Shown here: positions 9,220 to 18,963 of the stretch, in pieces
How positions within the stretch are numbered: position 1 is the stretch's first letter
How the letters are laid out: each line of letters starts with the position of its first letter
Origin: Isoptericola halotolerans
GTDB lineage: Bacteria > Actinomycetota > Actinomycetes > Actinomycetales > Cellulomonadaceae
Direction: 5' to 3'
Length of the DNA: 64,000 nt
Assembly (NCBI RefSeq): GCF_013149785.1
Contig: NZ_JABEZU010000004.1
Location: forward strand, 310,001-374,000
Position numbers and translations under genes: made by a program
The notes under the pieces: generated by a model
What the model was told of the DNA's origin: nothing
Databases searched by the model: none
What the model saw: only the letters and a program-made list of their open reading frames with translations

Positions 9220-9846
9220 CTAGCCCTTGCCGCGCTCGCAGTAGTCGGAGATCGCGTCCGCGGCGACGTACTGCGTGACGGGGTCGGGCGAGGACGCGCA
9301 GTCCGCGACGTCCACCTCGAGCTCCTCGAACGAGATGACCGCCGCGTCCACCGCGTCGCTGCCGTCGCCGCAGGTGATCGTCACGTCGCCCGTGGTGCGC
9401 TCGGCGTAGGCGTAGAGCACGTGGGTGCCCTTGCCCACGTCGGCGAGCAGCCCGTCGGACTCGACGACGTCGGGCACCTCGGCCACGTCGACCAGCCCGC
9501 CCGCCACGGCGTCGCGCACCATCGCCTGCTGGTTCTCCGTCGCCCCGGACGTGGCGGTGGCGCCGGCGGACTCACCGCGGACCCACTCGCTGCGCACCGT
9601 GGTGGCGCCGTCGGCGGCGACCTTGACCACCTTCACCGCCGTGTAGAGGTCCTGCGAGCCCGGGCTGCCCTGCCACTCGACGGACACGCCGTCGCCACAG
9701 CTGCTCTCGACGGCGGGCGCCGTCTCGGCCGAGGCGCTCGGCGAGGCCGCGGCGTCCGTGCCGGGGCTGTCGGCCCCCGCGCACCCCGCCAGCAGCAGCA
9801 CCGCACAGCCCGCCGTCGTCATCGTCCACCGTCGTCGGTCGAACAT
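9220..9846 (-). CDS. Hypothetical lipoprotein
   Basis: GGGAGG RBS, lipobox LLAGC, Ala/Ser linker and four further Cys. Confidence 0.7.
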   Translation of the reverse strand: MFDRRRWTMTTAGCAVLLLAGCAGADSPGTDAAASPSASAETAPAVESSCGDGVSVEWQGSPGSQDLYTAVKVVKVAADGATTVRSEWVRGESAGATATSGATENQQAMVRDAVAGGLVDVAEVPDVVESDGLLADVGKGTHVLYAYAERTTGDVTITCGDGSDAVDAAVISFEELEVDVADCASSPDPVTQYVAADAISDYCERGKG

Positions 9847-9891
9847 CGAACCTCCCGCATCGTTGCGCATCGCTGCCGCAACCTATCCGAT

Positions 9892-9926
9892 GGAAAGCGC
9901 TTCACGACAGGGTGAAACCGCATCAC
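9892..9926. promoter_or_regulatory. Possible LacI-family operators upstream of the lipoprotein
   Basis: GGAAAGCGCTTCAC plus a second degenerate copy, GTGAAACCGCATCAC. Confidence 0.4.
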
Positions 9927-9959
9927 GGCGACAACGATTCGGCAACGGTGTGACACCTG

Positions 9960-10904
9960 TCACCCCTTGAGCCCCGTGTGAGCGAGGCCCTGGACGAACT
10001 GCCGCTGCGCCACGAGGAACACCGCCAGCACCGGGATCACCGTCAGCGTCGTCGCCGCGAGCTGGACGTTCCACATCGGCCCGCCGTAGGCGTCGACGTA
10101 CTGGGTCAGCGCCTGCGGCAGCGTGAAGTTCTCCCGGCTGGACAGGTACACGATGGGTTCCAGGTAGAGGTTCCAGGACTTGAGGAACGTGAAGATCGCG
10201 ACGGCGGCCACCGCCGGGCGGGCCAGCGGGAACGCGATCCGCCAGAAGATGCCCCAGCGGCTCAGCCCGTCCATGCGCCCGGCCTCCTCCAGCTCGCGCG
10301 GCAGCCCGAGGAAGAACTGCCGCATGATGAACGTCGCGAGCACGCTCGGTGCCCCGAAGATCGGCACGACGATCAGCGGCCAGTGCGTGTCGATCAGGCC
10401 GAGGGTGTTGACCAGGCGGAACAGCGGCACGATCGTCACCTCGGCCGGCACCAGCATCCCGGCGAGCACCAGCACGAACAGCACGTTCGCGCCCGGGAAG
10501 GAGATCCGCGCGAACGCGTAGCCCGCGAGCGACGCCACCAGGATCGTGCCGGCCGTGACGAGCACGGCGATGTAGAGGCTGTTCCAGTACTGCTGGGCGA
10601 ACGGCTGCAGGGCGAACACGTCGGCGTACGCGCCCCACGAGACGTCCTGCGGCCACAGCGTGGGCGGCACCCGCAGGATCTCGCTCATCGGCTTGAGGCT
10701 CGACGTCGCCATCCACCAGGTGGGGAAGACGAACGGGACGCTGAGCACCACCAGCAGCGCGACGAGCAGACCACGGACCGCCCGTGGCCGACGACGGCGC
10801 CGCGCGACCGGGACGTCACCGACGGCCGGCGGAGGTCCGGCGAGCGCCGGCGGGTCGTCGGTCGCCGGGCCGGCCACCGGTGCGGGGGAGACGTCAGACC
10901 TCAT
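9960..10904 (-). CDS. Carbohydrate ABC transporter permease (MalG-like)
   Basis: EAA loop LPRELEEAGRMDG; LAGYAFAR; six TM segments. Confidence 0.95.
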   Translation of the reverse strand: MRSDVSPAPVAGPATDDPPALAGPPPAVGDVPVARRRRRPRAVRGLLVALLVVLSVPFVFPTWWMATSSLKPMSEILRVPPTLWPQDVSWGAYADVFALQPFAQQYWNSLYIAVLVTAGTILVASLAGYAFARISFPGANVLFVLVLAGMLVPAEVTIVPLFRLVNTLGLIDTHWPLIVVPIFGAPSVLATFIMRQFFLGLPRELEEAGRMDGLSRWGIFWRIAFPLARPAVAAVAIFTFLKSWNLYLEPIVYLSSRENFTLPQALTQYVDAYGGPMWNVQLAATTLTVIPVLAVFLVAQRQFVQGLAHTGLKG

Positions 10905-11826
10905 CGTGGACCCACCTCTTTCGCGTGCGCCACTGGATCAGGGTCAGGGCCAGCACGATGACGAACAGGAGCACGGAGATCGCGCTCGCGTAGCCGAACT
11001 CGTTGAAGCGGAAGGCCTGCTGGTACAGGTAGTAGACGAGCACCGTGGTGGAGTTCCCCGGCCCTCCGCCGGTGAGCACGTCGATCTGCGCGAAGACCTC
11101 CAGCGAGCCCACCACGGTGAGGATCGAGACCAGCAGCACCGTGGGGCTGATGAGCGGCAGAGTGATCGACCGGAACCGGCGCCACGCCCCGGCGCCGTCG
11201 ATGCGCGCCGCCTCCTGGACCTCTTCCGGCACGCTCTGCAGCGCGGCGAGGAACAGGATCATGTTGAGGCCCACGTTCTTGAAGACCTGCACCACGATGA
11301 CGGCGAGCATGGCGGTGGGACCGCTGCGCAGCCAGTTCGGCCCGTCGACGCCCAGGGCCGCGAGAAACCCGTTGATCCCGCCGTCGTCCTGCAGCAGGAA
11401 GCCCCACACGATGGTCCAGGCGACCAGGGAGACCACCACCGGCGAGAAGAAGAACGTGCGGAACGTCGTCGTGCCCGGCAGCCTCTGGTCGAGCAGCACC
11501 GCCAGGAGCAGGGCGAGCGACACGTTGAGCACCACGAGGCCGATCGAGAACCACAGGCTCGCCGCCAGCGCGTCGCGCAGCCCGGGGTCGGCGAGCATCC
11601 GCTCGTAGTTGGCGGTGCCGCTGAAGGTGAAGGTCCCCGCGAGGACGTTCCACTCGTGCAGCGAGTACCAGGCCACGGTGACCAGCGGCACGACGACGAA
11701 CGCGATGGTGCCGAGCACCTGCGGGGCCACCATGGCGTAGCCCACCAGGCGGTCTCGCTCCGCCGCGGAGCCGCGGGTGCGCGAGGAGCGCACCCGCGGC
11801 CGCACGGCGACCGGTCCCGAGGTCAC
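10894..11826 (-). CDS. Carbohydrate ABC transporter permease (MalF-like)
   Basis: EAA loop VQEAARIDGAGAW; FGYASA; GTG start overlaps the upstream stop. Confidence 0.93.
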   Translation of the reverse strand: MTSGPVAVRPRVRSSRTRGSAAERDRLVGYAMVAPQVLGTIAFVVVPLVTVAWYSLHEWNVLAGTFTFSGTANYERMLADPGLRDALAASLWFSIGLVVLNVSLALLLAVLLDQRLPGTTTFRTFFFSPVVVSLVAWTIVWGFLLQDDGGINGFLAALGVDGPNWLRSGPTAMLAVIVVQVFKNVGLNMILFLAALQSVPEEVQEAARIDGAGAWRRFRSITLPLISPTVLLVSILTVVGSLEVFAQIDVLTGGGPGNSTTVLVYYLYQQAFRFNEFGYASAISVLLFVIVLALTLIQWRTRKRWVHDEV

Positions 11827-13130
11827 GACCCGGCCAGGATCGGGTCGATCGACGTGCACACGTCCGCGAGCACCGCCTCGACGTCCGCGCCCGCCGTCCA
11901 CAGGGGGTCGAGCCCTGCGCGGACCGTGTCCTGCAGCTTGGCGAAGCTCGGGTGCGCCGGCTTGGTCACGGCGTCCTGGATGCCGTCGACGACGACCGCC
12001 TGCAGCTGCTCGTCGCTCAGCAGCGGGTTGGCCGCACCCAGGAGGTCCGCGGTGAGCAGCGACTCCCGCGGCGGCGGGAAGTACTGGGCGAGCTGCTCCG
12101 CGTGCTCCGGGTTGGTGAACCAGGCGAGGAAGTCGGCCGCGACGTCCGGGTTCTCCCCCTGGGCGAAGACGCCGATGCCCGCCTGCCCGATGACGTTCTG
12201 CCGGCCCTGCGGCCCGGCAGGCAGCGGCACGACGTCCCAGGCGAAGCTGTCGTCCAGCGCGGAGGCGCGAGAGATCTGCGTGATCGTCATGGCGGCGTCC
12301 CCGGCGAAGAAGTCGGCGGTCGTGCCCGGGCCGGGCATCGCGCCGTCGTCGAACGTGGCGTCGTGGATCCACGTCATCGCGTCGACCATCGCGGGGTCGG
12401 TGAAGGTGCAGGTGGCGCCGTCCTCGCTCCAGGGCGCGGCGCCCCACCCGTCCCAGACGGTCGAGAGGTTCTCCCACACCTTGTAGTCGAAGTCACGGAC
12501 CACCAGGCCCTGCTTGCCGGACTCCTCGGCGGCCGCGGCGGCGACGTCCCGGGCGGCGTCGTACGTCCACTCCCCGTCCGCGACGAGATCGGCGGGCGAG
12601 TCCTGCCCGGCCGCCTCGACCTGGTCGGTGTTGACGAACATCGCGAACGGGCTGTTGGAGAACGGGTAGGCGAAGAGCCCGCCGTCCTGCTGCCACAGCG
12701 CCAGCGAGCTGTCGAGCAGGTCGTCGTAGGCGTAGCCCTCGGTGCCCTCGAGCACCGGACCGACGTCCACGAGCGCGCCGCTCTGCACGAACTCCGGCGC
12801 GTAGCTCTCGAGGATCCACGCGAGGTCGGGCGCGTTGCCGCCGGCGAGCCGGGTCGTGAGCGACGTCGTGTAGTCGTCGAAGGGGATCGCCTCGAACGTC
12901 ACCTCGGAGACGAGGTCGGGGTTCTCGGCGACGTAGGCGTCGGCGATCGACTGGAAGAGGGCGAGCTGTACCTCGTCGGCCGTCCAGACGGTCATGGTCA
13001 GCGGGACCGGCTCGCTCGGGGTCTCGGGCTCGCCGGCGGCCTCGGGGTCGGACGAGCCGCAGGCCGTCAGGGCCAGGACCGCCGTGGTCGCGGCAGCCGC
13101 GGCGAGGCCGCGGCGTCGGGTGGTGTGCAT
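11823..13130 (-). CDS. Sugar ABC transporter substrate-binding lipoprotein
   Basis: Lipobox LTAC; family 1 SBP features (AGGNAPDL, WDVVPLP). Confidence 0.93.
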   Translation of the reverse strand: MHTTRRRGLAAAAATTAVLALTACGSSDPEAAGEPETPSEPVPLTMTVWTADEVQLALFQSIADAYVAENPDLVSEVTFEAIPFDDYTTSLTTRLAGGNAPDLAWILESYAPEFVQSGALVDVGPVLEGTEGYAYDDLLDSSLALWQQDGGLFAYPFSNSPFAMFVNTDQVEAAGQDSPADLVADGEWTYDAARDVAAAAAEESGKQGLVVRDFDYKVWENLSTVWDGWGAAPWSEDGATCTFTDPAMVDAMTWIHDATFDDGAMPGPGTTADFFAGDAAMTITQISRASALDDSFAWDVVPLPAGPQGRQNVIGQAGIGVFAQGENPDVAADFLAWFTNPEHAEQLAQYFPPPRESLLTADLLGAANPLLSDEQLQAVVVDGIQDAVTKPAHPSFAKLQDTVRAGLDPLWTAGADVEAVLADVCTSIDPILAGS

Positions 13131-13157
13131 CAGTGCTCCTTCGAACTGGATGGACGG

Positions 13158-14786
13158 TCAGTACGGATGGGCGCCGGACGCCCAGCGGATCTCGACGCCG
13201 GCGGCGACGAGCTCGTCCTGCAGCTCGGCGAGCAGGTCGGGCTTGGCGTGCACGTCGTGCGGCCGCACGCCGCGCTCGGTGCAGAACGCCGCGAGATGGC
13301 CGGCAGCCTCGCCGACGTTCCACTCCACGGGGTGCAGGCGGTAGCAGCCGTTGGTGATGTGCGTGGTGCCGATGTTCTTGGCGGCTGCCAGCAGGTTGGT
13401 GGTGCGCTCGGGCAGCAGCGCGCCCAGCGGGATCTCGAACGGGGTGGACGGCACGTCGATGTAGGTGTCGCCCCCGGTGGAGGGGTGCAGGTCGATGCGG
13501 TACATGCCCACGCCCACGCTGTCCTCGTAGCGGGTGGCACCGCGGTCCCCGCGCACCGCGAACGACACGTCGTTCTCCGTCACGGTGGTGACGGCGCGGA
13601 TCCGCCGGCCCTCGCGGTGGTACGCCGCCTGCGCCAGGCCGTCGGCGGTGCCCATGACGTCGGGCCGCAGCCGCAGCCCCGGGAAACCCGTGCCCCCGTC
13701 GGGGCGCGGTGCCTCGGTCTGCATCCAGTACAGCATCGAGAGGCTGAGCTGCCGGGCGTCCTCGATCCGGGCGAGCTCGACGTCGCGGGGGACGTCGAGC
13801 ACCGGCTCGAGGAAGTAGTCGATGGCCGGCCAGTTGACGAGGCAGACGTCGCTGCCCACCGCGCCCGGCTCGAGCTGGTCGCGCGCCAGGATGCGACGGA
13901 ACGTCCACAGGTTCCCGTCGCCAGGGTCGCGCGACTGGTCGGCGACGACCGCTCCGGCGTCGTCGCCGGGGTTGGGCGTGAAGCTGCGGACGTCCATCGC
14001 GAGGGTGCGGGGGTTGGGCGCGTGCCACGAGAGCATCCGCTCTCCGTTCCACGGCCCGGGCCGGTAGGTGCTCCAGAAGTCGTAGCGCTCGGGCCGGTCG
14101 ATGGTGTGGTCCCCGTCGGTGTGCTCGACGGCGAAGCAGACGCTGAGCGCCTGGACGTTCTGCGGCTGCGCCTCGGCCGGGGCGCTGGGCTCGCCGGTGA
14201 CGTCCCGCGACTCGAACCCGGTGACGTACTCGGTGCCGGTCAGGGGCAGCAGCTCGCCGGTCTCGGTGGCGTCGAGCACGTAGCCGGCCGTGACCGTCGT
14301 GCGGGCGCCGTCGAGCACCGACTCCAGCGTCACGGCACGCACCGTGTCGCCGTCGACGTCGGCCGCGACCGGACGGACCCGCTCGAGCAGGGTGAGACGG
14401 CCCGACGCACGCCCGGGCAGCAGCATCTCCTCCAGGACACCGACGGCGACCCTCGGCTCGTGGCACAGCTTCGAGACCCAGCCCGCGCCGGGGTTGAGGG
14501 CGGTCTGCGCCCGTGCGGCGGCGGTCAACGGGTAGCGGCGGCGGTACACCTCGCGGATGCCGTCGCGCACGGCACGGTAGCGGCGGGTGACGCCGAAGTC
14601 CTCGACCCACGGGTGCTCGTCCGGCGGGACGCCCTGGGAGGTGAGCTGGCCGCCGATCCACGGGTGCTCCTCGGTGAGCACGACGCGGGCGCCGCGGTCC
14701 ACGGCGGCGAGGGCTGCGGCGACGCCGCCGAGGCCGCCGCCGACGACGAGGACGTCGGTGGTGAGGTCGGTGTCGGGAGTGGGCAC
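13158..14786 (-). CDS. FAD-dependent oxidoreductase (FAD_oxidored/PF12831-like)
   Basis: DVLVVGGGLGGVAAA, IGGQLTSQGV, DATETGELL, YHREGRRI, FEIPLGALLP and YRLHPVEWNVGEAAG. Confidence 0.9.
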   Translation of the reverse strand: MPTPDTDLTTDVLVVGGGLGGVAAALAAVDRGARVVLTEEHPWIGGQLTSQGVPPDEHPWVEDFGVTRRYRAVRDGIREVYRRRYPLTAAARAQTALNPGAGWVSKLCHEPRVAVGVLEEMLLPGRASGRLTLLERVRPVAADVDGDTVRAVTLESVLDGARTTVTAGYVLDATETGELLPLTGTEYVTGFESRDVTGEPSAPAEAQPQNVQALSVCFAVEHTDGDHTIDRPERYDFWSTYRPGPWNGERMLSWHAPNPRTLAMDVRSFTPNPGDDAGAVVADQSRDPGDGNLWTFRRILARDQLEPGAVGSDVCLVNWPAIDYFLEPVLDVPRDVELARIEDARQLSLSMLYWMQTEAPRPDGGTGFPGLRLRPDVMGTADGLAQAAYHREGRRIRAVTTVTENDVSFAVRGDRGATRYEDSVGVGMYRIDLHPSTGGDTYIDVPSTPFEIPLGALLPERTTNLLAAAKNIGTTHITNGCYRLHPVEWNVGEAAGHLAAFCTERGVRPHDVHAKPDLLAELQDELVAAGVEIRWASGAHPY

Positions 14787-14815
14787 GGGTGCGGTCCGAT
14801 CTGTCGAGGGGTGGT

Positions 14816-15868
14816 TCAGGGAACGAGGGGCTCGGCGTGGTGGGTCGGTGCGGCCACCGTGGCGCCCTCGACCTCCGTGCACTCCAGGAGCCGGTGCAGG
14901 TCGGCGTCCGGGACGTCGTCGGCCGCGATGAGACGCGAGAGCAGCAGCAGCGCCCGCGCACCCATCTCCTCGCGGGGGATCGCGAAGCCGGACCACTGCT
15001 GCGGGCGTCGCAGCCGGTGGTGCGGCTGACCGAGCAGCAGCACCGAGACGTCGCGCGGGACGTCCAGGCCGTGCCGGGCCAACGCGTCGTGCAGCTCCTC
15101 GGCGTCCCGCTCGGGCGACAGCACGACGGCGGTGAGCCGCTGCTCGACGACGGCCGCCACGACGGCGTCGGGCTCCTCCTCCGGCACGAGCCGGGCGCCG
15201 AGGCCCGCGTCGCGCAGGGCGTCGCGGTAGCCCTCCCAGCGGTCGGTGGTCGGCTGGTCGGTGCCCATCGCGCCGACGTAGCCGATGCGTCGGTGGCCGA
15301 GGGCGACGAGCCGTTCCACCACCCGCCGGGTGGCGCCGGTGTAGTCGGCCCCGACGTAGGGGAGCCGGCCGCCCTCGCTGGACCGCTTGCCGATGAACGC
15401 GAAGGGGTAGTTCGTGTCGAGCAGGTGCTGCAGCTCGCTGCGGTCCTCGTGCTGGCCGAGCAGCAGGCAGCCGTCGGCGATGCCGAGCCGCTGCCAGCCG
15501 TCGCGGGTCAGGCGTCGTCGCCCCTCGACCACCCGGGCGCTGGTGAACAGCAGGATGTCGATCCCGAGCTGTTCGGCCGCGTGCTCGATCCCCACGAGGA
15601 ACGGTCCGTAGAAGTCCCGTCCGCCGCCCGGGAACGTCGCCTCGTAGGTGAAGACGCCGATGATCTGGTTGCGGCCCCCGGCGAGGCGCTGCGCGACGGG
15701 GTTGGCGGAGTAGCCGGTGATGCGGATCGCGTCGAGGACGCGCTGCCGGGTCTCGGCGCTGAGGCGGACGCCGGCGGGGAGCCGGTCGTTCAGCACGAAC
15801 GACACGGTGGCCTGGCTGACACCGGCCATGGCGGCCACGTCGGCCTGCGTGATGCGGCGCTTCGGCAT
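14816..15868 (-). CDS. LacI-family transcriptional regulator
   Basis: ITQADVAAMAGVSQATVSFVLN HTH followed by a periplasmic-binding-type domain. Confidence 0.95.
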   Translation of the reverse strand: MPKRRITQADVAAMAGVSQATVSFVLNDRLPAGVRLSAETRQRVLDAIRITGYSANPVAQRLAGGRNQIIGVFTYEATFPGGGRDFYGPFLVGIEHAAEQLGIDILLFTSARVVEGRRRLTRDGWQRLGIADGCLLLGQHEDRSELQHLLDTNYPFAFIGKRSSEGGRLPYVGADYTGATRRVVERLVALGHRRIGYVGAMGTDQPTTDRWEGYRDALRDAGLGARLVPEEEPDAVVAAVVEQRLTAVVLSPERDAEELHDALARHGLDVPRDVSVLLLGQPHHRLRRPQQWSGFAIPREEMGARALLLLSRLIAADDVPDADLHRLLECTEVEGATVAAPTHHAEPLVP

Positions 15869-15940
15869 CCGATCCTCCTCGATCCGTCGACGGCGACGTG
15901 ATCGGAAGTCTGCCTCGGCGCGAGGGGCGGGAACAAGACG

Positions 15941-15956
15941 ATTATGCGCATTATTA
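15941..15956. promoter_or_regulatory. LacI-type operator 1 (ATTATGCGCATTATTA)
   Basis: Near-palindrome with a central CG upstream of the lacI operon; the 13-nt core recurs at 18129. Confidence 0.75.
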
Positions 15957-15968
15957 TCGGTCCCACGA

Positions 15969-16008
15969 AAGGGCCCTCAGCCGCAGCATCTCGCGGCTGA
16001 GGGCCCTT
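15969..16008 (-). terminator. Hairpin terminator of the secreted glycosidase gene
   Basis: Perfect 16-bp stem AAGGGCCCTCAGCCGC / GCGGCTGAGGGCCCTT with an 8-nt loop, just downstream of the stop at 16046. Confidence 0.75.
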
Positions 16009-16045
16009 CCCGGCGCATTATCCGAGCGCCTGGCGTCGGTGGCGG

Positions 16046-18025
16046 TCAGACGCAGGCGCCCTCGTCCTGCCAGGGGCCCCACAGCGACGACCCGGGCTCC
16101 TGGCCACGGGTCCACCAGGCTGCCGCCCACCGGTGACCGTCGTGCACGACGACGTCACCCGCCCCGTGCACGGCGCTCGCCGTCCAGGCGACGCCGCAGC
16201 CGGTGGCCGCGCCCTGCTCGGCCCACGGCCCGTGGAGGCTCGCACCGGGTTCGTCGCCGCTGCTCCACCACAGCGCCTCCCAGGTGGCGTCGTCGTACGC
16301 GACCACGTCCCCGCCGACGTACACCGCCGTGGCGTCCCACGCGTCGCCGGGGGCGTCGCACGCGGCCGACTCGGCCGCCGTCGGCGTCCAGCGGAACCAG
16401 TCGAAGGTCGCCTCGATCTCCGGGGCCGCGGTAGCACCGCGCAGCGCCGAGACGCCGAGGCCGGTCGGCGCGAGCTCGGCGAGCGGCACCGCACGGCCGA
16501 CCGGGACGAACTCCTGCCCGTCGACCGAGGCGCGGGCGAGGACGTCGGTGCCGTCGCTGGTCAGGCGAAGCCAGACCGTCGTCCCCGTGCCCGCCGGGAC
16601 CGGAGGGGTGTCGATCGAGCTGTTGCGCTCCGAGCCGGCCTGCCGCCAGATGTACGAGAAGCGCAGCCCGTTCGTCCCGTACCCGTAGTCGAGCTTGGCG
16701 TAGGTGTCGCCGGAGGTGTGCAGGATCAGGCCGGCCTGCTGGAAGCGCTCACGCGGGTCGACGTCCACCTGGGTGGTGACCTCCCAGGGGCCCTCGGGGA
16801 CCTGCTGCACCGGGAACGCGGCCCCCGCCACCCCGGAGCCGTACGTCGGGACCGTCAGTGCGCCGTCGGCCACGGCGTGCCGGGCGACGTCCGGGTTGAC
16901 GACCTCCCAGCGCTCGTCGAGGGTGCTGCCGCCGAACTCGTCCGACGCCGCCCCGCTGCACTGCTCCCGCAAGGGGTCCGGGTCGGGCGGCGACGGCTCG
17001 ACACGCGTGGCGTAGGCGATGGTGGCGCCGAGCCGGTCGCCCGACTCGTAGAACAGGTAGGTGTCCTCGCCGTCCGTGACGATCTCCGGCGCGGCGACCC
17101 GCCCGACGTCGTCGCCGATCCCGGAAGCACGGTGCAGCACCCGCTGCGGCCCGACCTCCGTGACCGTCGGGTCGACCGTGCGGGCATAGGTCACGCCCGA
17201 GGACCCGTGGTAGGTGATGTAGTCCTGGCCCTGCCACCGGAAGAGGTTGCCTCCCGAGACGTTGCGTCCGGTCTCGGCGTCGGGGACCACCACCGGGTCA
17301 GGGCGCACGTCCCAGGACCTGCCGTCGACCGACTCGGCCATCTTGATGCGGCGGATGTCGTCGGTGCGGTTCTGCATGTAGAACATGCCCCACCGGTACG
17401 CGGAGCCCGGGTCCGGGTGCGCGAAGACGCGGGCGTACGACGTCTCGGTGGTCCCCGGACCCCCGTCCGCGTTCGTCACCGCGACACCCGAGTCGTCGAA
17501 CGTGACGCCGTCGTCCGAGCTCGCCCACCGCGTCGTGGAGTTCTCGCCGTGGAAGTACAGCAGCACCTCACCGGCGGCGTCGTCCCACACGGCGTCCGGC
17601 GAGGACACGTGGGAGACCCGGTCGTAGTGCGGCGGCCACTCGTTCGCGATGAGCGGGTTCTCGGCGTGCTCGGTCCACGGGCCGTCCAGGGAGTCCGCGT
17701 ACATCAGCGCGATGCCACCCGGGGGGTCGTGCGGGGCGTAGTACAGGTACCACTCACCGAGCGGGTCGGTGAGGTGCTCGCCGGCGTGGAAGACGCTCGG
17801 GAAGATGAACTCGTCGGTCGGGTTGAAGATCATCTCGTCCTTGTCGATGATCCGGCCCGAGAACGCGAACTGCGGGAGCCGCGGCTCGTCGTCGTCCGCC
17901 GTCGTGGCGGGACCACCCGGAGCGGCGGTGGCCGCCGACGGCGCCACGAGAGCGCCGATCATCAGGACCGCTGTCGTGGCGAGCGCCGTGAACCGGCGTC
18001 CGCGTCGGGATCGTCGCTGTGTCAC
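16046..18025 (-). CDS. Secreted multidomain glycoside hydrolase: five-bladed beta-propeller (GH43/32 clan-like) + ConA-like beta-sandwich + two CBM5/12-like repeats
   Basis: Signal peptide; WYLYYAPHD, HVSSPD and VAAPEIV; FQQAGL...VWLRL; C-terminal repeats AWDATAVYVGGDVV...WW...PG...GPW and AWTASAVHGAGDVV...WW. Confidence 0.75.
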   Translation of the reverse strand: MTQRRSRRGRRFTALATTAVLMIGALVAPSAATAAPGGPATTADDDEPRLPQFAFSGRIIDKDEMIFNPTDEFIFPSVFHAGEHLTDPLGEWYLYYAPHDPPGGIALMYADSLDGPWTEHAENPLIANEWPPHYDRVSHVSSPDAVWDDAAGEVLLYFHGENSTTRWASSDDGVTFDDSGVAVTNADGGPGTTETSYARVFAHPDPGSAYRWGMFYMQNRTDDIRRIKMAESVDGRSWDVRPDPVVVPDAETGRNVSGGNLFRWQGQDYITYHGSSGVTYARTVDPTVTEVGPQRVLHRASGIGDDVGRVAAPEIVTDGEDTYLFYESGDRLGATIAYATRVEPSPPDPDPLREQCSGAASDEFGGSTLDERWEVVNPDVARHAVADGALTVPTYGSGVAGAAFPVQQVPEGPWEVTTQVDVDPRERFQQAGLILHTSGDTYAKLDYGYGTNGLRFSYIWRQAGSERNSSIDTPPVPAGTGTTVWLRLTSDGTDVLARASVDGQEFVPVGRAVPLAELAPTGLGVSALRGATAAPEIEATFDWFRWTPTAAESAACDAPGDAWDATAVYVGGDVVAYDDATWEALWWSSGDEPGASLHGPWAEQGAATGCGVAWTASAVHGAGDVVVHDGHRWAAAWWTRGQEPGSSLWGPWQDEGACV

Positions 18026-18125
18026 GTTGACCTCCGTCGGTGAGCGCGACGGCATCGTCGCCGTCGGCGCCGGGGCGTGCCCGGCACCGGCAGTCTCCGG
18101 AGGTCCTGCGACTCAGGTCAACGAC

Positions 18126-18141
18126 ATGATGCGCATTATTA
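18126..18141. promoter_or_regulatory. LacI-type operator 2 (ATGATGCGCATTATTA)
   Basis: Shares ATGCGCATTATTA with operator 1; lies upstream of the glycosidase gene. Confidence 0.75.
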
Positions 18142-18159
18142 CTGCCGAGCCGGCGAGGG

Positions 18160-18840
18160 TCAGACCTCCGTCGACGGCCCAGGCCCTGCGGATTCGTACC
18201 GTGCCGCCCGCCTCTCGCCGACGGCCTTGAGCCTCCCGCCGTCGACGAGCCGCTTCAGGATGGTCCTGGCTTGTGGCGGTGAGGTCTGGCAGAGCTCGGC
18301 GGCGCGTCCACGAGTGATCGAGCCGAAGGCGCCGACGTGGTCAAGGATCGTTCGCTCCTGCTGCAACGGATCGACACCCCTGACCCGAACGTCGGCGTTC
18401 CGGTCTTCAGCACGGTCGTAGAAGCGTGCCGTCACGTGGTACCGACGGTTCCGACCGTCCCCACGGGCTTCGAGGATGCCCTGTTCGACGAGGCATGTCG
18501 CACCACCGAGCGCGCCCTGGCGAGGGACAGTCCTGGAGCGCTCGCCATCTCGGCGCCGCTGGCCGACCCCGCACCCTTCACCTCGTGGACCACCAGGAGC
18601 TCCGGGAGCTCGAGAGTTCGCTGTCGTTCGTCCTCCCACGCAAGGAGAAGACGCACGCGATCGAGGTCCGCAGTCCCGAGGGGGACCGTCACCGTCACGG
18701 AATCGGGAGTGCTCCGCGAGTAGTCGGGAGCGTCACGGCCGGCTCGCAACTGCTGCTCGAACATGCCGTTGACGCCCTTCCCCCGTCGCTCGACCGATCC
18801 GGCCCGCTTGAAAGCTGCGGCGAGCAGGGGACTGCGTGGC
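18160..18840 (-). pseudogene. Truncated, frameshifted C-terminal remnant of a Schlafen/AlbA_2-RecG-C (HATPase_c_4) + winged-helix protein
   Basis: PRSPLLAAAFKRAGSVERRGKGVNGMFEQQLRAGRDAPDY continues in another frame near 18495 as LVEQGILEARG...GSITRGRAAELC...ARYE; an in-frame TAG lies upstream and there is no N-terminus. Confidence 0.7.
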
Positions 18841-18963
18841 TATGCATCACTTTGAGTCGTGCGACGACTGCCCTGCGGGCAACTCATAACTCTTGAATCC
18901 ACTGCCAGTCTGCTCGCCCCCCGGACACCGGCAACCAGCCGACGGTGACCCCCGCACGACGCA

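Noticed and set aside
18840..18960. tRNA or att-site remnant in the lower-GC stretch (CTCATAAC resembles an anticodon loop)
   Set aside because: No cloverleaf, T-loop or CCA end, and no matching direct repeat or integrase was seen.
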